This document shows positions 1 to 9,678 of a stretch of 64,000 nt of DNA, piece after piece. The position numbers were made by a program, and so were the translations under genes. The notes beneath the pieces are model-generated. The model did no database searches. It saw only the letters and a list, made by a program, of their open reading frames with translations, and had not been told where the DNA came from. This DNA comes from an uncultured Planctomycetota bacterium (lineage in GTDB: Bacteria > Planctomycetota > Planctomycetia > Isosphaerales > Isosphaeraceae): the NCBI GenBank assembly GCA_963737655.1, contig CAVTTN010000002.1, positions 2,016,001 through 2,080,000 of the forward strand, read 5' to 3'. Within the stretch, counting starts at the first letter, position 1, and each line of letters begins with the position of its first letter.

Positions 1-1203
1 GAGGTCGAGCACTGCAAGGCCCAGCGCGCCAAGCTCGCGGCCTCCAACAAGGAGCAGTCCCCCAGCCTCTTGGAGGTCATGGTCGCCGCCAAGGCCCTGA
101 CCGCCAGCCAGGCCCGCCGCGTCTTGCAGGAAGTCGGCGGCGACGGCGAGCGCAAGCTGGAGATCCCCGGATATCAGATCCTGGAGAAGATCGGCAAGGG
201 CTCGATGGGCCTGGTGTACAAAGCCAAGCAGACGAGCGTCGATCGCGTGGTGGCGGTGAAGGTTTTGTTGAACGCCCTGGCGTCGAACAAGGAGTTCATC
301 AAGAGGTTCGACCGCGAGGCCAAGATCGCCGCCAAGCTCTCGCACAACAACATCGTCAACGCCATCGACGCCGGAGAGGTCTCCGGCCACTTCTTCTTCG
401 TGATGGAGTACATCGAGGGCGAGACGATCAAGGACCTCCTGGAAAGGGGCAAGATCTTCGACGAGAAGATCGCGCTGAAGATCGTCCTGGCCATCGCCGA
501 GGCCCTGAAGCACGCCCACCAACGCGGGTTGATCCACCGCGACGTGAAGCCCGAGAACGTGATCCTCACCAAGGACGGCAACGTCAAGCTCGCCGACCTC
601 GGGCTCGCCCGCCCCACGGCCGACGAGAAATGGGCCATGAGCGAGGCCGGGATGGCCATCGGCACCCCGTATTACATCAGCCCCGAGCAGGTCCGAGGCC
701 AGGTGGACGTGGACATCCGGGCCGACATCTACGGCCTCGGCGCCACCCTGTACCACATGGTCACCGGCCAGGTCCCGTACACCGGCGACACGCCGAACGA
801 GGTCATGAAGAAGCACGTGGACAAGAACTGCGTGCTCACGCCGCCGGACCACCTCAACACCCGGCTTTCCAGCGGGCTGGGCGAGGTGGTCGAGACGATG
901 ATGGCCAAGAACCGCGAGAACCGCTACCGGAACCCGGACGACCTGATCCTCGACCTCAAATGCCTCCTCCAGGGCGAGAGGCCGATGATCGCCGACCAGA
1001 AGGCCGACGCCCTCTCCAACCTCGCCGAAGGGGACTTCGACGAGCCCGCCGAGCCCAGCCGAGGGGGAGGCGGCCACGTCTCCGAGGTCGAAAAGATGGA
1101 GATGGCCGCGCTCGTCAACTCCCGATCGAACCTGATCGCCGCCCTGGCGATCCTGCTCGGCCTCTCGGTGGTGACGAATGTGCTGTTCCTGGTCATCAAG
1201 TAG
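1..1203 (+). CDS. Hanks-type Ser/Thr protein kinase with C-terminal TM helix (5' end outside the window)
   Basis: Frame open from base 1. Motifs IGKGSMGLVY, VAVK, HRDVKPEN, DLG, GTPYYISPEQ, DIYGLG. Hydrophobic C-terminus LIAALAILLGLSVVTNVLFLVI. Confidence 0.92.
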   Translation, partial: EVEHCKAQRAKLAASNKEQSPSLLEVMVAAKALTASQARRVLQEVGGDGERKLEIPGYQILEKIGKGSMGLVYKAKQTSVDRVVAVKVLLNALASNKEFIKRFDREAKIAAKLSHNNIVNAIDAGEVSGHFFFVMEYIEGETIKDLLERGKIFDEKIALKIVLAIAEALKHAHQRGLIHRDVKPENVILTKDGNVKLADLGLARPTADEKWAMSEAGMAIGTPYYISPEQVRGQVDVDIRADIYGLGATLYHMVTGQVPYTGDTPNEVMKKHVDKNCVLTPPDHLNTRLSSGLGEVVETMMAKNRENRYRNPDDLILDLKCLLQGERPMIADQKADALSNLAEGDFDEPAEPSRGGGGHVSEVEKMEMAALVNSRSNLIAALAILLGLSVVTNVLFLVIK

Positions 1204-1768
1204 GAGGAAGCCGCCCCGACGCTTCAAGGGAGCACGACCCGGACTCGGATAGAGTCGCGGGAGCGAGGCCGGAAGGTCGAATCCCCGGGCTCAATCCTTC
1301 CATTCAAATTTCCCGTTGTTGATCTGGGCCATCGTGATCATGTCCGCGGTAAACCCGAAGGCCACATCCGTGATCTGGGTCTTGAACGCCGCGAGGGGCG
1401 GATCGCTCTGGACGTGGCCGATGATCTGGAGCAGGCAGTAGGGCCGGGTGTCCTTCTTGCTCTCCAGCGGCCAGTTTTTCTTGATGAGGCCGTCAAGCGC
1501 GCGGGCGGCCTCCACCTTAGGGTTGTCCCCGATGATCTCGAGCTTCGTCGGAACGGTCTTCAGGTGGGATACGGTCGTGGTAACATTGACGCCGCACATG
1601 GTCAGGAGCGTCTGCCTGATGCCGAGAGGCCCTCGCGTCACGATGTTCTGATAGACATACATCACCGAGGTTGGAAGGCGCCTCTCGTCGCTGATGGGCA
1701 GGGCGCTGCGCTTCGCCTCGTCGGTTACGTGAGCGAGGCCGAGGAAGATCATCTGGACCTCGCCCTTA

Positions 1769-2711
1769 GAAACTATCTCAGAACCCAAGGCCATTCGGCT
1801 TCGTAACTTGAGGTGTAGAGGTCACCTCAGGAGAAGCAGCCGTGGGACGGACGAAGCGTCAGATCAAGCCTCTGGAGACCATCTGGGAGGTCCCCGACCG
1901 CCTCTGGCGGAGGATCGAGCCGATCCTCCTGGAGGACGCCCCTCCGCCGCCCAAGGAGCACGGCGGCCGGCCCCGCATCGACTTCCGGGCCGCCTTCAAC
2001 GGGATCATCTTCCGCCTCCGCAGCGGATGCCAGTGGAACCGGTTGCCCAAAGAGTTCGGCGACGACAGCTCGGTGCACCGATGGTTCCAGCGGTGGTGCA
2101 GGAACGGCGTCTTCGAGAAGGTGTGGGCCGTGCTGGTCGGGGAGTGTGAGGAGCTCGGGGCGGTCCAGTGGAAGTGGCAGGCGGCCGACGGGATGCTGGG
2201 CAAGGCCCGGTTCGGGGGGGAAAAGACGGGCAAGAACCCCACCGATCGGGGCAAGAAGGGGACCAAGAAGAGCGTGCTGGTCGATCAGGACGGCGGCCCG
2301 CTGGGGGCGACGATCGCCGGGGCCAACGTCCCCGATTGCAAGCTGCTGGATGAGACGATCGAGGCCGTGGTGGTCGATCGGCCCGATCCCGAAAAGGTCG
2401 AGCAGAACCTCTGCCTGGACGCCGGGTACGACAACCCGAGTGGGCGTGCGGCGGTCGAGAAGCATGGCTACGTCGGCCACATCCGCCCGGTGTACGAGGA
2501 CCGGCGGCCGAAGAGGAGGCGGGGTCGTCGCAAGGCCCGCCGCTGGGTCGTCGAGCGGACGCTGTCCTGGCTGTCGAGGTGCCGGGCGTTGTTGGTCCGC
2601 TACGACAAGCATGCGGAGAACTACCTGGGCCTGCTCCAGTTGGCCTGTGGCCTGCTCTGGTATCGCAGGCTTCACAGACTCAAGGCTGCATGACGGTTCT
2701 GAGATAATTTC
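1769..2711 (+). mobile_element. Complete IS5-family insertion sequence (943 bp)
   Basis: IRL GAAACTATCTCAGAACC (1769-1785) and IRR GGTTCTGAGATAATTTC (2695-2711) are 16/17 complementary. TTA direct repeats at 1766-1768 and 2712-2714. Confidence 0.95.
1842..2693 (+). CDS. IS5-family DDE transposase
   Basis: N-terminal W..IEP.L...GRPR...GCQW..LP..F (DUF4096-like) region, GKNPTDRGKKGTK, LDAGYD, RWVVERTLSWL...R.L..RY. Confidence 0.92.
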   Translation: MGRTKRQIKPLETIWEVPDRLWRRIEPILLEDAPPPPKEHGGRPRIDFRAAFNGIIFRLRSGCQWNRLPKEFGDDSSVHRWFQRWCRNGVFEKVWAVLVGECEELGAVQWKWQAADGMLGKARFGGEKTGKNPTDRGKKGTKKSVLVDQDGGPLGATIAGANVPDCKLLDETIEAVVVDRPDPEKVEQNLCLDAGYDNPSGRAAVEKHGYVGHIRPVYEDRRPKRRRGRRKARRWVVERTLSWLSRCRALLVRYDKHAENYLGLLQLACGLLWYRRLHRLKAA

Positions 2712-3563
2712 TTATTGTCCCCGACGAGTTTGACGCATCGCTGCATGTTCGCGGTCAGATCCTCCTTGCCCATGGAGATCGCCAGGTCATAGAAATCGGT
2801 CATCGTCTCGGCCTCGATCTGGGCGGTCATCCTGCCGTGCGCGACGATGTCGTGCAGTTCCTTGGACCCCTTGGCGGCATCGAACCGGTCTTTTCTCACG
2901 GCGTTGTAGGATTCAAATAAGAAACCATCCACAAGGTCATCGACGTCTTTCGCCTCCCCAGTATGGGGCAACGTGATCGTGTTGGCCTCGGATTCGAAGT
3001 GAGCCGTGTCGCCAAGGGTCAGCGTCGCGGCGCGGGTTTCGAGCACGTTGACGACGTGCTTGGCCAGCTCGGGGTAGTTGGTCGTCAGTTTGTCCATCCC
3101 AAGGACGGCGCCTGTGCACTGCAAACAGGCTTTGATCGTGCCCTTGTGCGCGGCCGCCAACGCTTGCTCGAATGCGCTGGACATGTTGATTTCTGCCAGA
3201 GTGTAGAATTGATCGATCCTTGGAATGCGGCCGAGGTTATCACCGCCCGGCGTCTCCGTCAAGGATGCGTCCGCCACGCGAAGGGGAGCCCCGCCACGAG
3301 CTTCATCCTCTCGGCTCGAGCGGCTTTTCCACAGCGTCAAGAAGGGGACGGGAAGCGATCCCGCAGTGATCGAGGGCGAAGGCTTCAGGCGATGCCCGCG
3401 ACGATCGCCGATCAGGCCGCCGGACGGACGAATCTTATCGCTGCACTCCACGGAGCGGCCGGGCCCATCGCCGACTCGATCCCAAAGCGAGAGCCTCAGC
3501 CCGCGTTCCCCAGACTATGGCGTGGGTCGTCTTCGAGGATCTCAAATCGTCGCGAAGATTCGA

Positions 3564-4247
3564 TCAGGGGCGAAGTCGAGGGAGGAGCTCGGCCCGGACC
3601 CAGGCCCGAACGCGGCGGGCCCGGGCGTTGTCGTCGATCTCTCGATCCTCCAGCCAGGGGACGACGTCCTCCGGGCGGACCGGCAGGAATCGGCTTTCGC
3701 TCACAACTTCATATCGGCCGTCGCCCCTCAGCCCTTCGAACACGAGCCGCTTGCCGTTGTACCTCCAGACCTCCGCGACACCCAGGGCGGCGTAGATCGA
3801 GGGGCGATCCAGGGCGCTGGGGCTGAGGTCAATCTCGATGGAGAGGTCCGGCGGCGGATAGTCCTCGGCATCGTTGACCTTTCGATCCATCAGGTCGCGG
3901 GCGGTCTCCATCTTGGCCACCGTCAGATAATAGCACTCATCGGATTCGATCCCTCGTCCCGCCTCCTCTCGGTCCCAGGTGGTCGAACCCAGGCCGAGGA
4001 GCGGGAGGCCGAGCTCCTCCGTGAGAATCTCGACCAACCGATCCAATCGCCCCTTCCCGTCTTCGTGGATCGGTCCGGGTGACATCAGTTCCAGGTCCCC
4101 TCGATCGTAAGCCATCAGGACCCGGCGCCGCGGATCGGCCCTGGAGAGCTGCTGGTACAGGTCCCAGGAAATCCCCCGGAGGAGGATGCGCGTCTCGCCC
4201 GTTGGGGCGGTCTTCGAGATCCGGGGCGACTCGGTGACGGTGGCCAA
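3564..4247 (-). CDS. Uma2 (DUF820) family PD-(D/E)xK endonuclease-like protein
   Basis: ISWDLY, YDRGDLELMSPGPIHE, ESDECYY, PDLSIEID, IYAALGVAEVWRY. TTG start with GAGGAG RBS. Confidence 0.87.
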   Translation of the reverse strand: MATVTESPRISKTAPTGETRILLRGISWDLYQQLSRADPRRRVLMAYDRGDLELMSPGPIHEDGKGRLDRLVEILTEELGLPLLGLGSTTWDREEAGRGIESDECYYLTVAKMETARDLMDRKVNDAEDYPPPDLSIEIDLSPSALDRPSIYAALGVAEVWRYNGKRLVFEGLRGDGRYEVVSESRFLPVRPEDVVPWLEDREIDDNARARRVRAWVRAELLPRLRP

Positions 4248-4272
4248 CGGCGGATTCTCCTCGAAGCAAGGA

Positions 4273-4947
4273 TCAGCGGGGCCGGGGGCCCAGCTCGTCC
4301 CGGACCCATTCGCGGAGCCGGAGCGTCCAGGCCTTGAAGTCCATCGTGCCGACCTTCCCGAGCCAGAGGGCCACGTCCTCGGGGCGGACGGGCAGGAATC
4401 GGCTCCTGTCCGACGGGCGATGGGTGCCGTCGGGGCCGAGGCTCAGGAACTCGACGCCCTCCTCGTCGGCCTTCCAGACCTCCGGCACGCGGAGCGCCGC
4501 ATAGATCGCCAACTTGTTCAGCAGGGCATGCGTGATCTCGACCTCCACGGCGAGGTCGGGCAACGGGTCGTCGTCGCGGTCGGGGCCCCGGCCCGCGAAG
4601 CTCGCTAGCTTCTCGGGGTCGAAGTAGTAGCATTGATCGGCTTCGAGGCCACGAGCGAGAGCCTCGCGCCTCCATCGCGTCTCGCCGAACGCCTCGAACG
4701 CCGCGATGTCGTCGAGGCCGATGCTCACTTCCTCAATGAACTGGCCGGCGTAGATCTTTACCCATTCGTGGAGCGGACCGGGGCTCATGATTTCCAGCAT
4801 CCCCCGGTCGTAGCTCAGGCGGGCGTGTCCATCGCCGAGGTCGGAGCAGAGGGCCTCGTAGGTCGCCCAGGAGATCCCTTCCAGGAGGACGCGGCGCTCG
4901 GCGATCCCGGGGTCTCGGGCGACTCGGGGCGGCTCGATCGCGGCCAT
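4273..4947 (-). CDS. Uma2 (DUF820) family endonuclease-like protein, tandem paralog
   Basis: ISWATY, YDRGMLEIMSPGPLHE, EADQCYY, PDLAVEVE, KLAIYAALRVPEVW. Confidence 0.87.
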   Translation of the reverse strand: MAAIEPPRVARDPGIAERRVLLEGISWATYEALCSDLGDGHARLSYDRGMLEIMSPGPLHEWVKIYAGQFIEEVSIGLDDIAAFEAFGETRWRREALARGLEADQCYYFDPEKLASFAGRGPDRDDDPLPDLAVEVEITHALLNKLAIYAALRVPEVWKADEEGVEFLSLGPDGTHRPSDRSRFLPVRPEDVALWLGKVGTMDFKAWTLRLREWVRDELGPRPR

Positions 4948-5071
4948 CGCTCCTCCGAGGGGTCGGGAAATGCGAGGGGCCGAGGCCGCCGCCGGGCCTC
5001 CGCGTGGGGGCGGGTCGGCGAGGGCTTCGGCCCCGGGGAGTTCGTTGTGCCTCGTCTCGTCTCGTCTCGGC

Positions 5072-5383
5072 TCAATTCTCGCTGAAATTCATGAGCTTGT
5101 GGAGGCCGCGGTTCAGGGGGTCCTTGATGAACCGGCCGTGGCATTCGGGGCAGAGATCGAAACGGAACCCTTTGAAGGCGGGTGCGTCTAAGTCGGGGGA
5201 GGCGCCTTCGGCTTCCTCGCGGCGGAGGAGCTCGGAGATGGCCTCCATGTGGTCGTCGTCGAGGTCTTCTTCGGCGATCTGGTTGGGGTCGAAGCCGGCA
5301 TAGGCCGCGATCTTGACCACGTACCGGGGGTCGCCGGCGGCGGTCAGGTCCTTGCCGCACAGATCACACGTGAAGTGGACCAT
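5072..5383 (-). CDS. Small acidic zinc-ribbon protein
   Basis: CDLC near the N-terminus and CPEC near the C-terminus, with an acidic middle. Overlaps the yfhO-like stop by 20 nt. Confidence 0.75.
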   Translation of the reverse strand: MVHFTCDLCGKDLTAAGDPRYVVKIAAYAGFDPNQIAEEDLDDDHMEAISELLRREEAEGASPDLDAPAFKGFRFDLCPECHGRFIKDPLNRGLHKLMNFSEN

Positions 5384-7754
5384 CAGCGTCGCGTCCTTCA
5401 GCGGAGGGGAGGGCCGGTGGAGAGCGGGGGTCTCGAAGGTCGATTCTAACCCGTCGCGTCGGGGCGATCCAAGACGGCGGGGCCGGTTTTCGCCGCCTGG
5501 ACAGGAGCATCCCCGCGACCGCCGCCAGCGCCGTCAGGGACACGACCGAGGCGATTCTGACCTCGATCGGGTCGTAGAGGAACACCAGCCGCCGGGACCC
5601 GGGCGGGGCCTCGACGGAGACGAACGTCCCGAGATACGGGCGGACTTCGGCCGGTCGGCCGTCGATCGTCGCTCGCCATCCGGGGTCGTAGGTCTCGGCG
5701 ACCCATCTAACTTCGCCGCGATCGTCCCCGAGGTCAACCCGGATCTCACCCGGTTCGCGCGATGTCCACCGCGGGGCGAGCGAGCCGAGGCGGGCGATCC
5801 ACACCGCGCCGACCCGATCGACCCGATCGAAAACCCCTTCGGGCGGCGGGCTCGCGCCCACGATCGCCACCACGCCCGCGAGCCTCAAACGCTCGCGGGC
5901 CCGGACGATCCCACTCCAGGTGATCGTCCGCCGGCTGGTGTGCGACGGCCGATCCGGCTCGGGCTCATACATCGATTCGAACCAGGCGAGACTCCGGCCC
6001 GATTCCACCGAATCATAGTTCCGGCAATCGGCCAGGCCGTACCTCATCAGGAGGTTCGGCGGCATCTCGGCGCCCACGGAGACGATCCTCGCCGGGGGCG
6101 CGGCCTCTCGTTTCAGGTACGCGATCGCGGCGGAATCGGGCCGGTCGTCCTCGCGGGGGATCGACGGGTTCAGCTCGAACCCGAAGGCGAAGAGGTCGAT
6201 CAAGGTCAGGGCGAGTAGCGCGGCCCTCGCCCGATCGGGGGCGAGTCGGCCTCGTCGCAACGCCTCGGCCAATCCGGCCAGCCCGATCAGGTGGGCCGCC
6301 GCGATCGCGTAATACGCCGGCAGGATCGTCGAGGCGGCGCGGGCCTGGCGGAGGGCGCGGCCCCGGAATTCGCCGGGATCGGCCCCGGGCGTCCGGGACG
6401 CGGCGGCCTCGTAGTGGCCGATCGCCTCGGCTCTCAGGCGAGGGCCCAGCGCGACGAGCCCTCCCGCCGCGACGACCAGCCCCGCCGCCGCGACGACCCA
6501 CGAGCGTGTCCACCACCGCCAGGCCCGCGACCCGGATCGGTCCTCGATCGCGTCGAGCCCCATCCCGCCCAGGAGGACCAGGCCGAAGGCGACCCACAGG
6601 GTCAACCGGCGGTTGTCCGCCACGTCCAGGACCGGCACGATCCTCAGGAGGTTCGACACCGGCGGGACCCCAAACGCCCCGAGTGCACCGAAGACCGTCA
6701 GGAACGCCAGGAATCGCGCCCGGCGATCGGCCCGGTTTTTTCGCCAGCCCAGGGGGGCGAGCCAGACGAGCGAGGCCAGCCCGGCGAACCCTCCGGCCGA
6801 TTCGTTCAGGTTGTTCACGCCGACGGCCTTGGCCACGTTCGGATGCCCTCGCCTCTGGCTCCCGAAGGCGTAGGGCAGGGCGGTGCAAACCGCATCCAGG
6901 AGCCGAGGCCGACCGACGGCCAAAACCGGCGGGGTCTCGGCCCGGCGGTCCGACCAGACGGGACTCCTCGACAGGTAGAATCCCAGGGGAATGACCTCGA
7001 TCGACGCCAGGGCGATCCCGAGGACGATGCCCAGCGACCATCGCGCCGAGGGCTTGATCCCGCTCCATCGCCACAACGCATAGAGGCCGCCGGAGAGGAG
7101 GACGTGGGCGCTGGTCTGGACGTGTCCGCCCAGCAAGACGCCGCCGACGACGATCGCCAGGCCGCCCACCCGTCGCCAGCCTGGGCGATCGAGGACGCCG
7201 TCGGTGGCCAGCAAGAGCCAGGGCATCCACGCGGCGGCGCTGGCCACCGGGTAGAGCAGCCAGGCCACGAGGAATCCGCTCACAGGGAAGGCCAGCCCGG
7301 CGAAGGTCCGGCCCCATCGGCCGAGCTTCCAGGATCGCGCGAGGAGGTACATGCCCATCCCCGCGACCCAGAGCCTCGAAAAGGCGACCCAGGCCCAGGC
7401 GTCCGGCAATCGGCCGAGGGAGGCGACGATCAGGAACGGGTCGAAGACCGCGCTCTGGCCGTTGGCCAGGTGGGGCGCCCCGCAACCGCTCTTCGGGTTC
7501 CACAAGGGGAGCCGGCCTCGCCGGAGTTCGGCTCGATTGAACTCGACCCACGGCGCGAACTGGAGGACCGGGTCCATCAGGAGCCGATTGGACGGCTCGA
7601 ACGACCCGCCTCGCCCGTCCGCGAAGCTCGCCGAGGCGAACACCACGTCTCCCGGCGACAGGACCATCCCCCCCACGAGCGATCGGCCCAGGAAGAGGGC
7701 GAGGATCGCCGTGAGCAGCGCCGAGAAGACGGCGAGTTCGCGCCGAGGGGTCAT
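5364..7754 (-). CDS. YfhO-like GT-C polytopic membrane glycosyltransferase
   Basis: LPLWNPKSGCGAPHLANGQSAVF, GGHVQT, many TM segments, C-terminal ETYDPGWRATIDG motif. Confidence 0.8.
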   Translation of the reverse strand: MTPRRELAVFSALLTAILALFLGRSLVGGMVLSPGDVVFASASFADGRGGSFEPSNRLLMDPVLQFAPWVEFNRAELRRGRLPLWNPKSGCGAPHLANGQSAVFDPFLIVASLGRLPDAWAWVAFSRLWVAGMGMYLLARSWKLGRWGRTFAGLAFPVSGFLVAWLLYPVASAAAWMPWLLLATDGVLDRPGWRRVGGLAIVVGGVLLGGHVQTSAHVLLSGGLYALWRWSGIKPSARWSLGIVLGIALASIEVIPLGFYLSRSPVWSDRRAETPPVLAVGRPRLLDAVCTALPYAFGSQRRGHPNVAKAVGVNNLNESAGGFAGLASLVWLAPLGWRKNRADRRARFLAFLTVFGALGAFGVPPVSNLLRIVPVLDVADNRRLTLWVAFGLVLLGGMGLDAIEDRSGSRAWRWWTRSWVVAAAGLVVAAGGLVALGPRLRAEAIGHYEAAASRTPGADPGEFRGRALRQARAASTILPAYYAIAAAHLIGLAGLAEALRRGRLAPDRARAALLALTLIDLFAFGFELNPSIPREDDRPDSAAIAYLKREAAPPARIVSVGAEMPPNLLMRYGLADCRNYDSVESGRSLAWFESMYEPEPDRPSHTSRRTITWSGIVRARERLRLAGVVAIVGASPPPEGVFDRVDRVGAVWIARLGSLAPRWTSREPGEIRVDLGDDRGEVRWVAETYDPGWRATIDGRPAEVRPYLGTFVSVEAPPGSRRLVFLYDPIEVRIASVVSLTALAAVAGMLLSRRRKPAPPSWIAPTRRVRIDLRDPRSPPALPSAEGRDADGPLHV

Positions 7755-7936
7755 TTCGGGGTCCTTCCCGAAGGAGATGGGCCGGAATCCGACCGGCCCG
7801 GGCGCAGGGTAGGGCCGGGCCCGGGGCTTGTCAAGCGTCGTCGATCGCTCGCCGGGATTGACGAGCGGACGGCTCGGGCCCCATCATCTCTTCAGGAGCG
7901 ACGACCGCCCTTCCCCGACCGATCGGAGCGTGCTTC

Positions 7937-8251
7937 GTGGTGACCGTGGGCATGTACTACGACGTGATCCCCGACAAGGCCGAGCTGTTCACGACCAAGT
8001 TCCGCGAGGTCATCGCCCTCCTGGACACGATGGCGGGGCACAAGGCGACCTACCTGTATCAGAGGGTGGACGACCCGTTCTCGTTCGCCGTCCTGAGCGA
8101 GTGGGACGACCGGCAGGCGTTCGTGGACTTCGTCAGCTCGGAGACGTTCCGCCAGGTGACCTCCTGGGGCCGGGAGCAGGTCCTGCGCAACCCCCCGAAG
8201 CACAAGATCTACCCCCGGAGCGAGGACATGGGCCGACCCTCGACGTCGTGA
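7937..8251 (+). CDS. Antibiotic biosynthesis monooxygenase (ABM)-fold protein
   Basis: 104 aa ferredoxin-like pattern with GH...LY, SEWDD..AF..F..SETF. GTG start with GGAG RBS. Confidence 0.75.
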   Translation: MVTVGMYYDVIPDKAELFTTKFREVIALLDTMAGHKATYLYQRVDDPFSFAVLSEWDDRQAFVDFVSSETFRQVTSWGREQVLRNPPKHKIYPRSEDMGRPSTS

Positions 8252-8462
8252 GGGTGGGGTCGATCGGCCCGAAAAGACTCGCGTTGTCAAATTCGACCGT
8301 GACGACTAGAGTCAATGGACCGATCGCCGGCACGGATGACGGCTCGGGCCTCGCGCCGATGCCCCGCCCTTTCTCCGGCCGGTCGTCTCGACCCGCACCC
8401 GGCCGAGCCGTCGTCCCCGACGGCCCCTCCCCACCTGACCCCAGCCTCGGAGCGTCGCGCCC

Positions 8463-9663
8463 ATGGCCCGCGTGTGCCTGATTTTGCCCGTGGTCCCCGG
8501 CGACCCGCGGCCCGAAGGGGCGATCTCCGGTTGGCTCGATGCCCTGGAGCACTCCGGCCATTCCGCGACGGCCATCGTCTCGACCGGCCCGGGGGTCGCG
8601 CCGGCCGCCGAGGATCGGGGGCCGTCGTGGCGGACCGTGACCTCTCCCGACCCGGGCCTCGCCGCCGCCGCCCTGGCCGGGATGAACGCGGCCGACGGCG
8701 ACATCTTCGTGGTCCTGGACCCGAGGATGGGCTATTCCCCGAGCGACCTGCCCCGGATCGTCCAACCCCTGGCCCGGGGCGAGGCGGAGGTCGTCGTCGG
8801 CAGCCGGTTCGGACCGGAGGCGAAGGGCCTCGGGGCCCTCCTCGGCCGGGCTGTCCGGCCGTTCACGGGATCGACCGACCCGCTCTCGGGCCTGATCGGC
8901 CTGACTCGCTCGGCCCGGGACGCGACGCTCGGCCCGTTCGTGGCCGCCGGGGCGAAGTTCGGCGTGGAGGCTCCTGGCCAAGATCCCGGGGCGTCGGGTC
9001 GATGTCCGGGTCGTCCCCAAGGGCCGCACGGCCCGGCCGTGGCCCGGGATGGACGAGGTCCGGCACCTCAAGCGATTGGCCGACCATCGGTTCGGCAACG
9101 CCTCCCGGCTCCTCCAGTTCTGCCTGGTCGGGGCCTCGGGGATGGTCGTGGACCTGTCGTTCTACGCCGCGTTCCAGTGGCTTTTCGGCCGGACGGCCCT
9201 GGCCGGCTACAACGTCCCGCCCACGAAGGTCAGCTTCGCGCTGGCCCTGGCCAGGGCCTCGGCCATCGGCGTGGCCCTGGCCTGGAACTTCTCGCTGAAC
9301 CGCCGCCTGACGTTCAGCTACGCCCGAGGCGGGTCGCTCGCCCGCCAGTTCGCGGTGTACGTGGCGAGCAACCTTCTGGGCGTGATGGTGAGCCTGGCCG
9401 TGAGCCTGGGGCTGCCGAGGAAGGTCGCATTCTTCGCCGCCCACAAGCTCGCGGCGGCCGTCGTCGGGATCGTGATGGCCACCGGGATCAGCTTCTCGAT
9501 GTCTCGCTGGGTCGTCTTCCGCAATCAGGCGACGGACCTCCCGGAGCCTCCTCCGGTCGGCGACCCGCGAGCGGCGGGGTCCGCGATCGCCAAGAAGGCC
9601 CCGGAGGCCGGGCCCCACGGGCGGCCCGACGCCTCCGCTCGGCTGATGACCGCGGATCGCTGA
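8463..9663 (+). CDS. Degenerate GT2 (DPM1-like) domain fused to GtrA flippase domain; +1 frameshift near 8970
   Basis: VVVGSRF and TDPLSG (GT2-like). Removing one G at ~8970 reads GVELLAKIPG...MDEVRHL into QFCLVGASGMVVDL...WNFSLNRRLTF (GtrA). Confidence 0.78.
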
Positions 9664-9678
9664 CCGGCGACCGCCGGT

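Larger units (their letters stand above)
1291..3184 (-). pseudogene. Hypothetical ~315-aa protein interrupted by an IS5-family element
   Basis: Removing 1769-2711 plus one TTA copy joins ...VKLVGDN to KGEVQMIFLG... in frame. ATG at 3184, stop at 1291-1293. Confidence 0.85.

Noticed and set aside
5051..5069. (CTCGT)n pentamer microsatellite
   Set aside because: Fewer than four units, intergenic, and no supporting regulatory context.
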